Shown: positions 9,840 through 19,474 of the stretch, piece after piece | How positions within the stretch are numbered: the stretch's first letter is position 1 | How the letters are laid out: every line of letters begins with the position of its first letter | Source: Nitrosopumilaceae archaeon | Lineage (GTDB): Archaea; Thermoproteota; Nitrososphaeria; Nitrososphaerales; Nitrosopumilaceae | Assembly (NCBI GenBank): GCA_965203465.1 | Contig: CBDBCR010000003.1 | Coordinates: 32,001-96,000, forward strand | Direction of reading: 5' to 3' | DNA: 64,000 nucleotides | The notes under the pieces: generated by a model | Told to the model about the DNA's origin: nothing | The model's database searches: none | What the model saw: only the letters and a program-made list of their open reading frames with translations | Position numbers and translations under genes: made by a program

Positions 9840-10081
9840 CGCGATGCTACGCGTCGGTATGAAGTTCGCGTAGGCAGGCGTTTCCTAGCGGCGGATCTGC
9901 AGGTTTCGGGCGATTGTACACAACCTTCGCGAAGCACCAAGCCGGCGGTCGCTCCGTGTCGAATCCCTGCGCGGGCGCTGCAAGCGGCACTGCAGACCCG
10001 GGCCAGAAAAAAAGCCGGCCGCAAGCGGCCCCCCGGATCGCGCCGGACGCCCGACCTGGCGCGCACGAGGCAGACTAACGC

Positions 10082-11275
10082 CTAGAGTGCCTTGAACGCC
10101 TCGCTCCACTTGTGGTAGGCCTGCACCATCTCTATCGAGACGCTCGGCTTGCGGTTGGACATTATGCTCCTAAAGTCGGCCATGTTTATGGGCTCGGGCA
10201 TCTGCGGCTCCTCGCCCTCGACGGGCTCGCGGTAGTCCGGCGAGCTGAACAACTGGTGTACCGCGTGCAGCTGCGCGCTCTGGCAGACGTCCTTTATGTC
10301 GCTGGCGCTGTACCCGTCGAACAGCCTCGCGAGGTCTGCCGCGTTGACCTCCCTGGTCGTGGGCAGCTTGTGCAGGTACATCTCGAAGAGGCGCTCGCGC
10401 GCCTCCTGGGTGGGCAGGTTGACGTAGATGCGCTTCTGGAAGCGGCGCAGAAACGGGTGGTCCAGGCTCCAGGGCTTGTTGGTGGCCCCGATCACGTACA
10501 TCTTTAGGTTCTTGCCCTTGCCGTTGATCCCGTCCATCTCGGTCAGAAACTGGTTCTTGGTGCGCACCTCGCCGCCCACCTCGCTGTTGCGCGAGCCGAG
10601 CAGCGAGTCCACTTCGTCTACGAACAGTATCACCGGCTTGTCCTCCTTTTCGGTCATGGTCCGGGCCATCGAGAACACTTTCGAGACGTTCTTTTCGGCC
10701 TCGCCCAGCCACTTGCTCATCATGGACGCCGCGTCCACGTTCACAAAGTACCCGTCTATCTCGCTGGCCGTGGCGGCCGCCAGTATGGTCTTGCCGCACC
10801 CCGGCGGGCCGTACAGCAGCATGCCGCGCGGCCACCCCAGCGGGAACAGGTCGGCGCGCTTTGTCGGGTACACGATGGATTCGCGCAGGGCGTTCTTTGC
10901 GTCGTCGAGCCCGACCACCTCGTCCCAGCTGATGTCGGGCTTTTCCTTCATCACCAGGTCCTCAAAGTCGCTTGCCGCCTCCTGCATGTCTATGGAGCGC
11001 TTTTGCTCCTCGGGCGAGGCGCCCGGGTCCACGACCGGCTCGACGCCGTGGGCCCCCTGCAGGACCTTTATCCTCTTTTGGTACGAGGCGGTGCGGGCCT
11101 TGTACGTCTCGTTGAGCTTGCTTGCCGGGTACAGCCTCATCAGCTTCACGAGGGTGTCTATGGCCTTTTGGTAGTTGGCGATGGCCATGCCCCGCGCCCC
11201 CTGGGAATCGAACCGGATGGCGTCGTTGGCGTGCTTGCTGGCGCTGTTTTCCAGCTCTTGCGGGGCCATGCTCAT
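10082..11275 (-). CDS. cdvC: MIT-domain AAA+ ATPase Vps4/CdvC (ESCRT cell division)
   Basis: N-terminal MIT helices, Walker A 'GPPGCGKT', Walker B 'FVDEVD', 'SKWLGE', 'ATNKPW', 'RRFQKRIY'. Confidence 0.9.
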   Translation of the reverse strand: MSMAPQELENSASKHANDAIRFDSQGARGMAIANYQKAIDTLVKLMRLYPASKLNETYKARTASYQKRIKVLQGAHGVEPVVDPGASPEEQKRSIDMQEAASDFEDLVMKEKPDISWDEVVGLDDAKNALRESIVYPTKRADLFPLGWPRGMLLYGPPGCGKTILAAATASEIDGYFVNVDAASMMSKWLGEAEKNVSKVFSMARTMTEKEDKPVILFVDEVDSLLGSRNSEVGGEVRTKNQFLTEMDGINGKGKNLKMYVIGATNKPWSLDHPFLRRFQKRIYVNLPTQEARERLFEMYLHKLPTTREVNAADLARLFDGYSASDIKDVCQSAQLHAVHQLFSSPDYREPVEGEEPQMPEPINMADFRSIMSNRKPSVSIEMVQAYHKWSEAFKAL

Positions 11276-11331
11276 GTGGGACAATCGCCGAATACGGGGT
11301 ATATCGCGCGTGTCAAATATAATCAATCCGT

Positions 11332-11378
11332 TGGTGAAAAAAAATTCACCAGCCCCTCCGGTCTTGACAACTTGTCAA
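11332..11378. promoter_or_regulatory. Two palindromic operator-like sites in the divergent cdvC/small-ORF intergenic region
   Basis: TGGTGAA-N6-TTCACCA (11332-11351) and TTGACAA-C-TTGTCAA (11364-11378). Confidence 0.5.
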
Positions 11379-11424
11379 AGTATGTAGATACGGCGGCATA
11401 TATCCCGGTCCGGCGCCATAGAGC

Positions 11425-11598
11425 GTGAGCCAGGAGCAGAGGCGCCGCATGAGGCGCATAGACAGGAGGGTGCTCGAGGCCGGCCCCGACGAGCTGCGCA
11501 AGATCCAGGAGATGGACGTACAGACGCAGCTGGACTTGGTCTGGTTTTACGACGTGTACGCCGAGCGCATGCCGGTGCCGGGCCGGGGCAGAAAGTAG
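11425..11598 (+). CDS. Small hypothetical protein (57 aa), absent from the ORF track
   Basis: GTG..TAG reading MSQEQRRRMRRIDRRVLEAGPDELRKIQEMDVQTQLDLVWFYDVYAERMPVPGRGRK; GC3-rich codons. Confidence 0.65.
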   Translation: MSQEQRRRMRRIDRRVLEAGPDELRKIQEMDVQTQLDLVWFYDVYAERMPVPGRGRK

Positions 11599-11658
11599 GC
11601 TTTTTATAGACCACTCCGGGAGGCGCCCCGACATCGAATTCAAACCGACGGGGAACAC

Positions 11659-11686
11659 GCTGGCAGCCAAGTGCGTGGCTGCCAGC
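11659..11686. other. Perfect 11-bp stem hairpin (terminator or sRNA)
   Basis: GCTGGCAGCCA-agtgcg-TGGCTGCCAGC between convergent genes. Confidence 0.6.
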
Positions 11687-11691
11687 CCCTC

Positions 11692-13452
11692 TTAATCAAG
11701 CGCCGATACCATCTCCGAGACTTGGTTCATGCCTGCCCTCCAGAACCCGCGCGTCCCCACCGAGAACCCGTGCGCCGCCAGCAGATCCTCGGGCTTTTGC
11801 GAGCCGCCGGCGCCGAGTATCTCCATGTACGCCGGCGCAAAGTCGCGCCCCTCCTTCCTGTACCTGCCAAAGAGGGCCAGCGCCAGCAGGTTGCCGAAAG
11901 AGTACGAATAGCAGTAAAAGGGGGCGTGGTAAAAGTGCGGTATGGCCGCCCACTCGCGGGAAAACTCGCTCGGCACCCCGACGGCCCTGCCGAACTGCTC
12001 CTTTAGGGTGGCAAGGTACGCCTCGGAGGCCTCGGCGACGGTCCCGCCGCCCGACGCCAGCTTGTGCGCGGCCTCCTCGAACACCGTAAAGAACGCCTGC
12101 CGTATTATGCTCGCGTACAGGTCGTCCAGGCTGCCTGCCAGCGCCGAGCGCCTCTCCGGGTCCGGCATGCGCCCCGAGAGGGTCTCGTAGAGGAGCATCT
12201 CCGAAAAGGTCGAGGCAGTCTCTGCTAGCGGCAGCGGCGCGTCGTGCACCAGTATGGACTGTCCGCGCGCGGCCATGGCGTGGACCGCGTGGCCCATCTC
12301 GTGGGCCAGCGTGAACGCGTCGCGGTACGCGCCGGTGTAGCTGAGCATGACGTACGGCGTGGTCCCCGGCGTGACCGAGGCGCAGAACGCGCCGTCGCGC
12401 TTGCCGCGCCGCACCTCGGAATCCACGTGCCGCCGTTGGAGCACCTCGCGGACCATGCCGCCGGCGCCTATCTTGTCGAACGCCGAGAGCACCTCCCTCA
12501 CGGCCGCCGCCCACCCCATCTTTTTTCCGGCGCGCCCGACCGGCGCGTACAGGTCGGCCCTGCCCATCTTTTCCATGCCGCACAGCCGCGCCTTGCGCGC
12601 AAAGAACCTCCGGAACACGGCGGCCCCCTCCCTGCACGAGCCGAGCAGCGCGCCGACCGTGCGGTCGTCCAGGTCGTTTGCCGCGTTGCGCGCCGAGATG
12701 GGCGAGCCGTACCCGCGCATCCGGACGCACTCGTCGCCCCAGTTGCGCGCCACGTTCTGGTATATCTCGCCGAGCACCCCCATGTGCTGCCCGTACCTGT
12801 GCAGCAGCGCGCGGTACGCGGCGCGCCGCTCGGCGGCGCGGGGGCTCTTTACCAGCGTCGAGAGCTGCTCGCGGTTCATTGGCCGCCTGCCCGGCAGCCG
12901 GTACTCGAAGGCGCCTGTTATCTTGTCGTATATGCGCACCAGCGCCGAGGCGCCGGTCACCTCGAGGGTCCCCACGACGCGCTCCTCGGGCTCGGAGAGC
13001 GAGTGGCGCGCCAAGAGGCGCTTGCGCTCCAGGTACCTGCCCACGCGCCCGGCCCTGCGCCCGAGGCGGCGCGCGCTGCCCCCGTCGAGCTTTTGCCACC
13101 ACAGCCCGAAAAAGACCGATGCGTTGGAGACTTCGGCCTGCAGCGCGTCGATGCGGGCCGCAAGCGAGGTGGCGGAATCGGACTGCGTGTCCGCCGCGTG
13201 GCCGAGCGAGGCGTAGCCGGACAGGCGGGCCATGCGCTCGTGGAGCGCCTCCTTTTCCGATATCACGTTCAGGAAAGCCAGCTCGCCCATCGACGGCTTT
13301 AGGGAGCGGCGGCGCGAGCTGAACCCCGAGGCCATGCGGCGCACCGCCCTTATCTCGGCTTCCACGGATCGGGGGGCCACGTCCGCGAGGCTCCACGTGC
13401 GCTCCAACGCCGCGCGCGGCCCGGCCGGCACTAAAAAACCGTCGCTCACCAC
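11692..13452 (-). CDS. pepF: Oligoendopeptidase F (peptidase M3B)
   Basis: 'KRDGAFC', 'TLAHEMGHAVH' (HExxH), 'AETASTFSE', 'PHFYHAPFYCYSY'. Confidence 0.9.
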   Translation of the reverse strand: MVSDGFLVPAGPRAALERTWSLADVAPRSVEAEIRAVRRMASGFSSRRRSLKPSMGELAFLNVISEKEALHERMARLSGYASLGHAADTQSDSATSLAARIDALQAEVSNASVFFGLWWQKLDGGSARRLGRRAGRVGRYLERKRLLARHSLSEPEERVVGTLEVTGASALVRIYDKITGAFEYRLPGRRPMNREQLSTLVKSPRAAERRAAYRALLHRYGQHMGVLGEIYQNVARNWGDECVRMRGYGSPISARNAANDLDDRTVGALLGSCREGAAVFRRFFARKARLCGMEKMGRADLYAPVGRAGKKMGWAAAVREVLSAFDKIGAGGMVREVLQRRHVDSEVRRGKRDGAFCASVTPGTTPYVMLSYTGAYRDAFTLAHEMGHAVHAMAARGQSILVHDAPLPLAETASTFSEMLLYETLSGRMPDPERRSALAGSLDDLYASIIRQAFFTVFEEAAHKLASGGGTVAEASEAYLATLKEQFGRAVGVPSEFSREWAAIPHFYHAPFYCYSYSFGNLLALALFGRYRKEGRDFAPAYMEILGAGGSQKPEDLLAAHGFSVGTRGFWRAGMNQVSEMVSALD

Positions 13453-14078
13453 TCTGGCTCTTCTACCATGCGGAGGCCGCCGGGCGCCGGCTCGAAGCCC
13501 ATCGTTTTCAGGGCCCTTTCTGTCCCGGGCGCGCCGCGCTCCAGCAGCTTGGCCGCGAGCGCCCGCCTGTCGGCGCGGCCCATGTGCTGGCCTATCTTGT
13601 ACTTGCCGCGTATCTGGTCTGGCCTGGTGCGTATGACGGCCACGTGGTCCAGCACCCCCATGCCGGGCCGGAGCGGCTCGTACCCGCCCTCGGGCTGGTA
13701 CTTGCGCATGAGGGCGTTGAGCGCGCCGGCCTTTTCGGCCTGGTCATCGACCAGCGATGTCCTCCCCTTTATGACCACGCTGGCGTACAGGGTGTCGGCC
13801 ATCGAGGCGTCGGTGGGGCTGGAAAAGTACGACGGCAGGAAGGCCAGCTCGCGGTCCGCCTCGAACCCCGAGCGCGGATCGCGCGCCATGTTGTCCAGCT
13901 TTTCGCCCCTGACATGCGAGTGCATGTACACGGCCCCCTCCCAGAACGCAAAGTTCATCGGTATTATCTGGGGGTACCCCCGCGCGTCTATGGTGGCCAG
14001 CCTGCCCACGCGCTCCTCGGCCAGGAATCTGCGGACGCTGTCCATCGAGCGCATCTGCAGGCGCCCCGTCCAGAGCAT
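13446..14078 (-). CDS. Pyridoxamine 5'-phosphate oxidase-like flavin-binding protein
   Basis: 'VGRLATID..GYPQIIPMNF', 'YMHS...GEK', 'YASVVIKG', 'GKYKIGQ'. Confidence 0.85.
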   Translation of the reverse strand: MLWTGRLQMRSMDSVRRFLAEERVGRLATIDARGYPQIIPMNFAFWEGAVYMHSHVRGEKLDNMARDPRSGFEADRELAFLPSYFSSPTDASMADTLYASVVIKGRTSLVDDQAEKAGALNALMRKYQPEGGYEPLRPGMGVLDHVAVIRTRPDQIRGKYKIGQHMGRADRRALAAKLLERGAPGTERALKTMGFEPAPGGLRMVEEPEW

Positions 14079-14308
14079 CAGTCGCGACCGCCCTGCCTGC
14101 GCAGGAACAGCCTCTCGGCCTTGCGGAGGCGGACGCGGCGCGCCGCGTCCTCGCCCATGTCGTACAGCTCGTGGAGCCCCACGTCCACGACCAGCTCGTT
14201 CTCGCTCTCCTCGTCGAGATCCTCCTCGATGTCGGTGAGCGCCTCTATGTTCTCGTCGAGCATCTCGAGGCACTCGCGTATGTCCTCTGCCAGGTCGCTG
14301 GAAGGCAT
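14078..14308 (-). CDS. Small acidic hypothetical protein
   Basis: 76-aa ATG ORF, TGATG-coupled to the next gene, TTTAAA upstream. Confidence 0.65.
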   Translation of the reverse strand: MPSSDLAEDIRECLEMLDENIEALTDIEEDLDEESENELVVDVGLHELYDMGEDAARRVRLRKAERLFLRRQGGRD

Positions 14309-14331
14309 GCAGGCACCTCGCCGCGGGGCCT

Positions 14332-15426
14332 TTAAAGGCCCATGGCCCCGGCCTTTTTCCGGAGGGCCGGCATCACGTGCGAGGCGAACTTGTCTATGGA
14401 GCCGAAGTAGTTGCGCCCCCAGAACCGTATCACGAAGTGGTTGACGCCCGCCTCCATGAACCTCTCAAAGGTCGGTATCACGTCCTCGGGCGTGCCCACC
14501 GCCGTCGAGGAGCGCGCCACCGCGTCGGGTATCTTGGTGGCCGCCTCGCGCATCTTTACTATCCACTCCTGGTTGGACATCGAGTACTCTGTAAAGTACT
14601 TTACAAAGTCGAACCCCTCTATCTCCTTTAGCTGGTGGACGCGCAGCACCTCGGGCTTGAAGAGGCTCACCTTGACCGCCTCCTTCATGCGGGCCCACGA
14701 GGCCTCGGCGTCGTCGGAAAAGTACACGTCGATGTCCAGGGCGTACTCGAAGTCGCGGCGCACGGCCTCCGGCCTGCCGTGCTTTTCCATGGACGCGTCT
14801 ATCTGCTTTTTGTGGTCGGCGAACAGCTCCGGCGTGTACCCGATGGGCAGCCAGCCCTCGCCGAGCTTGCCGGTCAGTTCGAGTGTGCGCTTGCCGCCGG
14901 AGGCCATGTACGTGGGCGGGTGGGGCTTGCGTATGGTCGGGGCCTGCAGGCAGGCCTTTTCGAGCCTGTAGTACTTGCCCTCGTAGTCGACGGTGTTTTC
15001 CGGGTTCGACTCGTAGAGCTTTTTGATCACCTCTATCTGCTCTGCCCACCTCGAGACGGGCTTTTCGAACGGTATGCAGAACTCCTTGAGGTTCTGCGCC
15101 TCGCCCGCGCCTATCCCCAGTATGGCCCTGCCCTTCGAGACGCGGTCGAGCGTGATGGCCGCCAGGGCTATGTTGGAGGGGTGGCGCCGTATGGCGTCGG
15201 TCACGCAGGTGCCCAGCTCCACGTTGTTTGTCACCGCCGCTATGGCCGAGAGCATGACCCACGGGTCGAGCACCGTGGCGTTGCGCCACTGCGGCACGTT
15301 GGTGTGGTCCATGTAGAATATGGAGTCGTAGCCGGTCTTGTCGGCCAGCATGCACGCGGTCAGTATCTGATCCTCCGTATAGCCGGCCCGGGCCACGTTG
15401 AGCCCGTTCTGTATGCCGAACTTCAC
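14332..15426 (-). CDS. LLM-class (probably F420-dependent) oxidoreductase
   Basis: 'DPWVMLSAIAAVT..VELGTCV', 'TLDRVSKGRAILGIGAG', 'GEGWLP'. Confidence 0.9.
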   Translation of the reverse strand: MKFGIQNGLNVARAGYTEDQILTACMLADKTGYDSIFYMDHTNVPQWRNATVLDPWVMLSAIAAVTNNVELGTCVTDAIRRHPSNIALAAITLDRVSKGRAILGIGAGEAQNLKEFCIPFEKPVSRWAEQIEVIKKLYESNPENTVDYEGKYYRLEKACLQAPTIRKPHPPTYMASGGKRTLELTGKLGEGWLPIGYTPELFADHKKQIDASMEKHGRPEAVRRDFEYALDIDVYFSDDAEASWARMKEAVKVSLFKPEVLRVHQLKEIEGFDFVKYFTEYSMSNQEWIVKMREAATKIPDAVARSSTAVGTPEDVIPTFERFMEAGVNHFVIRFWGRNYFGSIDKFASHVMPALRKKAGAMGL

Positions 15427-15470
15427 GCCCCCCGGCCCGGCCGTTCATAAATAAGTCTATGGCGGAGCCG

Positions 15471-16742
15471 GGGGTTGTTGCATAATTCCCCAGAACGATG
15501 GATTCCGTCGCATCCGGGGCCTGGCGCCCGCAGGAGGGCCGCGCAGATCAGTTTTTTCCGACAAACGGTCAATTTTTCCAACCGCTACGCTTATTGATCA
15601 CGGCCAGCGCCACCCAGCCGTTGAAGCACCAACGGCGGGACGGCTACTGGCCCGGATACCACGCAGCGCGCGCCTCAGAAAACGGTTTCGTCGTAGGCTA
15701 CGTCAAGGATACGGTGAGGAAAAACCCGCCGCCCGAGCCGGTGCGCAAGAGCTCCAGAGGCCGGAAAAGAGCGTACCCCCTGGCCGAAATGGCCATCGTG
15801 TGCATCCTGCTAAACCACTTCAACCTCTCGTACCAGAAAGCCGAGAACGCGGTGGCCTCGTGGAACCTGGATCTGGGCGGGCGCGTTCCCGACCACACGA
15901 CCATTTTCAGGGCGCACGCGGCGCTCGACATGGAGTGGCTCGAAAGGGTGCTGACGGCGATCGCCAACGCGTGCCTGGAAAGGGCCGGGATCGGCGAGGC
16001 GAGCGAGGTCGACACGGCGGCGGACAGCACCGGCGCGGAGACCGACAGGTACGAAGACAGGGTAAAACTGGACAAAAAGACCGGCAAAGAGACCGTCGCG
16101 CGCGTAAAATCGCACCTGAAATTGCACGTTTTCGCGGTGTTGAAGCTGCAGATAATACTCTCGTGCAAGATGACGTCCAGCAACGTGGCCGACACCGACA
16201 TGCTGCCATTGCTTTTTGAAAAGGCCAAGAAACTGGGGCGCAGTTTCGCCGGCTGGTGGTTCCACGCCGACAGGGGATACGACTCGGACCGGAACTGCAA
16301 GGCCGCCTTCGACATGGGCATGCGCCCCAACATCGATCAGAGGAAGAGCAGGGAGAACAGCGGCAACAGGCGCAACGTCGGCAAGCGGTTCCGCCGCAGG
16401 GCCGCGGCCCTGTTCGATCTGTGGCGCTACCGGAAGCGCAGGATGGTCGAGGGACTATTCGGGGCCGAGGAGACGCGCGCCCACCGGCTGCTCTGCAGGT
16501 ACAGGAAAAAGGAGACGCAGGAGAGGTTCGGCGTGCTGCTCGCAATAACGTGGAACGTGCGCGCGCTCAACCGTATCCGGTGCGCCGCGGAAACCGCCGC
16601 CGCGCCGGCCGCGGGGTAATCTGCGAGGGCCCGTACGGGCCGGAAACGGCCCCCGGGGGAATCAGGCCGCCCGCCGCCGAGCCCCCAAAACGACGGAATC
16701 CGTCACTTTGGGCGATTCACGGGGGAATTATGCAACAACCCC
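15471..16742 (+). mobile_element. Insertion sequence, IS5 family (IS903-like ends)
   Basis: Perfect 21-bp terminal inverted repeats GGGGTTGTTGCATAATTCCCC (15471-15491 / 16722-16742), similar to the IS903 end GGCTTTGTTGAATAAATC; subterminal 11-bp IR at 15500-15510 / 16691-16701. Confidence 0.9.
15621..16619 (+). CDS. DDE transposase (IS5-type)
   Basis: 'VPDHTTIFR', 'AADSTG', 'KLH', 'ADRGYDS', 'YRKRRMVEGLFG'; TTG start at 15621 preferred, ORF open from 15498. Confidence 0.9.
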   Translation: MKHQRRDGYWPGYHAARASENGFVVGYVKDTVRKNPPPEPVRKSSRGRKRAYPLAEMAIVCILLNHFNLSYQKAENAVASWNLDLGGRVPDHTTIFRAHAALDMEWLERVLTAIANACLERAGIGEASEVDTAADSTGAETDRYEDRVKLDKKTGKETVARVKSHLKLHVFAVLKLQIILSCKMTSSNVADTDMLPLLFEKAKKLGRSFAGWWFHADRGYDSDRNCKAAFDMGMRPNIDQRKSRENSGNRRNVGKRFRRRAAALFDLWRYRKRRMVEGLFGAEETRAHRLLCRYRKKETQERFGVLLAITWNVRALNRIRCAAETAAAPAAG

Positions 16743-16920
16743 GGCCGCGATTTTCCGGCACTTGGATTCCGCCCGATTCAAAGTATCGGTTGAACGCGCG
16801 CAGTGCTGGGTAAAAAAGCGCCGCGATCTCCCGGTCCAGATATTCCGGAGGGCGACTAGAACTTTGCGTCGCCGTCCAAGGCGGGCAAGGGTCGCCGCGG
16901 AAAACGCCCTGACCCGAAAG

Positions 16921-17865
16921 CTACAGGTTGCCCGACTTTATGTCCTCGAGGCAGCGCACCACGTCGCCCTTTGCTATCGGCACCGGGTTGGGATCTAGGT
17001 GGCCCCTGTCGGTCATCACGATGTCTGCCGCCTCCGAGACGTCGGCCTTCAAGTCCAGCCTCTCGAAGCCCAGCTTTTCCATGCACTCCTTGAAGCGGCC
17101 GTAAAACTCGGACTTGTTGTGCCTGTGCGCGACGGTGGTGCACGAGGACAGCGAGTACCCGTGCGGCACGCCCTCGTTGGAAAAGACGTACGAGAGAGCG
17201 TGGCCCAGGGTAGTGGAGCAGTTGCCGAAGCCCATCCCCGAGAGCATCGAGCCGTACGGGTACTGCTCGGGTTTGCCGTTCATTATGGCGTCGTACAGTA
17301 TGTCGAATGCCTGCCTGCAGAGGGTGCGCGTCATGTCGTTGCCCAGCCTGCTGTCGTACCCCTCGGTGGCCTGCGCGCACGCGTCGCACACCGAGTTCTT
17401 GACGACCTGCTCGGGCGTGCCGTCCATAAAGTACGAATCCACCACGGCCATGTCGGCCAAAAACCTGTCCTCGCGGAGCAGTTTCTTTTTGCCGTCGAAC
17501 TTTAGCACGCAGTACGTGGTCATCTCTGCGCCCGTCCCGAACGTGGTCGGGATGAGGATCTTTTCCTTGCCCATTTCGGGGGCCGCGTACTTTACCACGT
17601 CCATCGAGCTGCCGCCGCCAAGGCCTATCAGCACGGACGGGTCGCGGTCCTTGAACCTCGATATGACCGAGTTTACGTCGTCTATGGACGGCTCGGGGGT
17701 GACCTCGTCGTAGAGCATGTAGTCCTTTATGCCCATCCTGCCGAGCCACTTGTCCGAGAGGGCCGGCGGCACCGTGGTGACGACCAGCGCGTTGGCGGGG
17801 TATTCTGTCGAGGCCAGGGCGTCCTCGCCGAAGTTTATCACCTTGGGCAGCCGTACGGTGTTCAC
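16921..17865 (-). CDS. Iron-containing alcohol dehydrogenase family protein
   Basis: 'GLGGGSSMD', 'IPTTFGTGAE', 'GHALSY', 'VPHG'; GTG start. Confidence 0.9.
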   Translation of the reverse strand: MNTVRLPKVINFGEDALASTEYPANALVVTTVPPALSDKWLGRMGIKDYMLYDEVTPEPSIDDVNSVISRFKDRDPSVLIGLGGGSSMDVVKYAAPEMGKEKILIPTTFGTGAEMTTYCVLKFDGKKKLLREDRFLADMAVVDSYFMDGTPEQVVKNSVCDACAQATEGYDSRLGNDMTRTLCRQAFDILYDAIMNGKPEQYPYGSMLSGMGFGNCSTTLGHALSYVFSNEGVPHGYSLSSCTTVAHRHNKSEFYGRFKECMEKLGFERLDLKADVSEAADIVMTDRGHLDPNPVPIAKGDVVRCLEDIKSGNL

Positions 17866-17917
17866 TGCGGCCGGCCGCCGACGATTATTATTATACCTTG
17901 CATGCGCCCCGCCCCCC

Positions 17918-19171
17918 GTGCATCCTGGCCTCGGCGGCCGCGCCGGCAGAGAGGGCGACGCGGCGTCCATACTCTCGGCAGGCCTCGAGGCCGCCGATCC
18001 GGGCCGCTTCATCGGCAGGGCCGTGAGGGGCAGGCGCCTGCTTGTCGGCAGGCGCTCCTTCCCGCTGAAGCCGGGCCGCGTGCGGCTCGTCGCGTTCGGC
18101 AAGGCCGCCGCGTCCATGGCAGACGCGTTCTGCTCGCGCGTGCGCGTGGGCGGCGGCCTCGTGGTGGTGCCGCGCGGGGCCCGGGCGCCGCGCCGCGCCC
18201 GCCTAGAGGTCGCGAGGGCCGCGCACCCGTCGCCGGACCGCGGCAGCGTGCGGGCCGCCGGGCGGGCGCGCGAATTCGCGCTCTCCTGCGGGCCCGGCGA
18301 CCTGCTCGTGTTCCTGGTCTCGGGGGGCGGCTCTTCGCTGCTGGCCATGCCCGACGGGGTCACGCTGGAAGAAAAGTCCGAGGCCGCAAGGCTGATGATG
18401 AGGGCCGGCGCCCAGATCCGGGAGATAAACTGCGTGCGCAAGCACCTCTCGGCGGTAAAGGGCGGCAGGCTGGCCGAGGGCCTCGCCTGCCCCGCGGCGG
18501 CCCTGCTCATGTCCGACGTGCGGCGCGACGACATGTCAGACATCGCCTCGGGTGCCACGTACTGCGACAGGACCACGTTCGGGCAGGCGCTCGGGGCCGT
18601 GCGCCGCCTGGGCCTCGGGGGGGACATGCCGCCCAGCGTGATGGAGCGCCTGCGGCGCGGCGCGCGCGGGCAGATACCAGAGACCCCAAAGCGCCCGGCC
18701 ATACCCAACGCGGTGATAGCCTCCAACAGGGACTGCCTGCGCGCCATGGCAGGCAGGGCGCGCGAGCTGGGCTACTCGGCCCGCACGGCGACTGCGTTCG
18801 GCCGCCTCGAGCGGCAGGCGCGCCTGCTGGCAGGCTCCGCCCCGCGCCGGCGCGGCTCGTGCCTGGTCTTCGGCGGCGAGACGACGGTGCGCGTGCGCGG
18901 GCGCGGCAGGGGCGGGCGCAACCTCGAGGCGGTCATGCGCCTCGGCATGGCCCTGCCCGGGGCGGTGGTCGGCTCCATAGGCACCGACGGCATAGACGGC
19001 TCGAGCCCGTACGCCGGCGCCCTGGTGAGCTCGTCCGAGACGGACTGGTCGGGCGCGAAGCGCTACCTGGAATCGAGCAACTCGGCGGGGTTTTTCGAGA
19101 GGCGCGGCGGGCTGGTGCGCACCGGCCCGACCGGCACCAACCTCCTAGACATCGGCGTCGTGCTGCGCTGA
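17918..19171 (+). CDS. Glycerate 2-kinase (MOFRL/TtuD family)
   Basis: 'AFGKAA', 'HPSPD', 'SGGGSSL', 'RKHLSAVKGG', 'GGETTV', 'GTDGIDG', 'TGPTGTN'. Confidence 0.92.
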   Translation: MHPGLGGRAGREGDAASILSAGLEAADPGRFIGRAVRGRRLLVGRRSFPLKPGRVRLVAFGKAAASMADAFCSRVRVGGGLVVVPRGARAPRRARLEVARAAHPSPDRGSVRAAGRAREFALSCGPGDLLVFLVSGGGSSLLAMPDGVTLEEKSEAARLMMRAGAQIREINCVRKHLSAVKGGRLAEGLACPAAALLMSDVRRDDMSDIASGATYCDRTTFGQALGAVRRLGLGGDMPPSVMERLRRGARGQIPETPKRPAIPNAVIASNRDCLRAMAGRARELGYSARTATAFGRLERQARLLAGSAPRRRGSCLVFGGETTVRVRGRGRGGRNLEAVMRLGMALPGAVVGSIGTDGIDGSSPYAGALVSSSETDWSGAKRYLESSNSAGFFERRGGLVRTGPTGTNLLDIGVVLR

Positions 19172-19474
19172 GCCCGACATCGACGACTGAGCGGCGCGCA
19201 GCCGCGCCAGGTGCGCCTCGGCTGTCGCGGCCAGGTCCTCGATCTCCGAATCCAGGCCGCGGATGGACAGCACCGACGAATCCATCACGCCGACCAGCTC
19301 GCGCAGCAGGTCGCGCAGCTGGCGCCTGTCCTGGTGCTTCTCCAGGACGTATTCGGCCAGGGCCAGCACGCGGCGCAGGTCAGAGATCTCCTCGACGGTC
19401 ATGCCCTCCAGCGGCGGGGCGCGCGCGCCGCCGAGCGCGTCTATGCGGGATGCCAGCGAGCGGACCCTCTCCAT
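19145..19474 (-). CDS. Hypothetical helical protein
   Basis: MERVRSLASRID... 109 aa; TATAAT-like box near 19518; start may lie slightly upstream. Confidence 0.65.
   Translation of the reverse strand: MERVRSLASRIDALGGARAPPLEGMTVEEISDLRRVLALAEYVLEKHQDRRQLRDLLRELVGVMDSSVLSIRGLDSEIEDLAATAEAHLARLRAAQSSMSGSAQHDADV

Noticed and set aside
10082-11275. cdvC without adjacent cdvA/cdvB
   Set aside because: Dispersed cdv genes are already known in thaumarchaea
17866-18747. N-terminal extension of the 608-aa Fe-ADH ORF
   Set aside because: Antisense to glycerate kinase; the divergent AT-rich promoter lies at about 17884-17895
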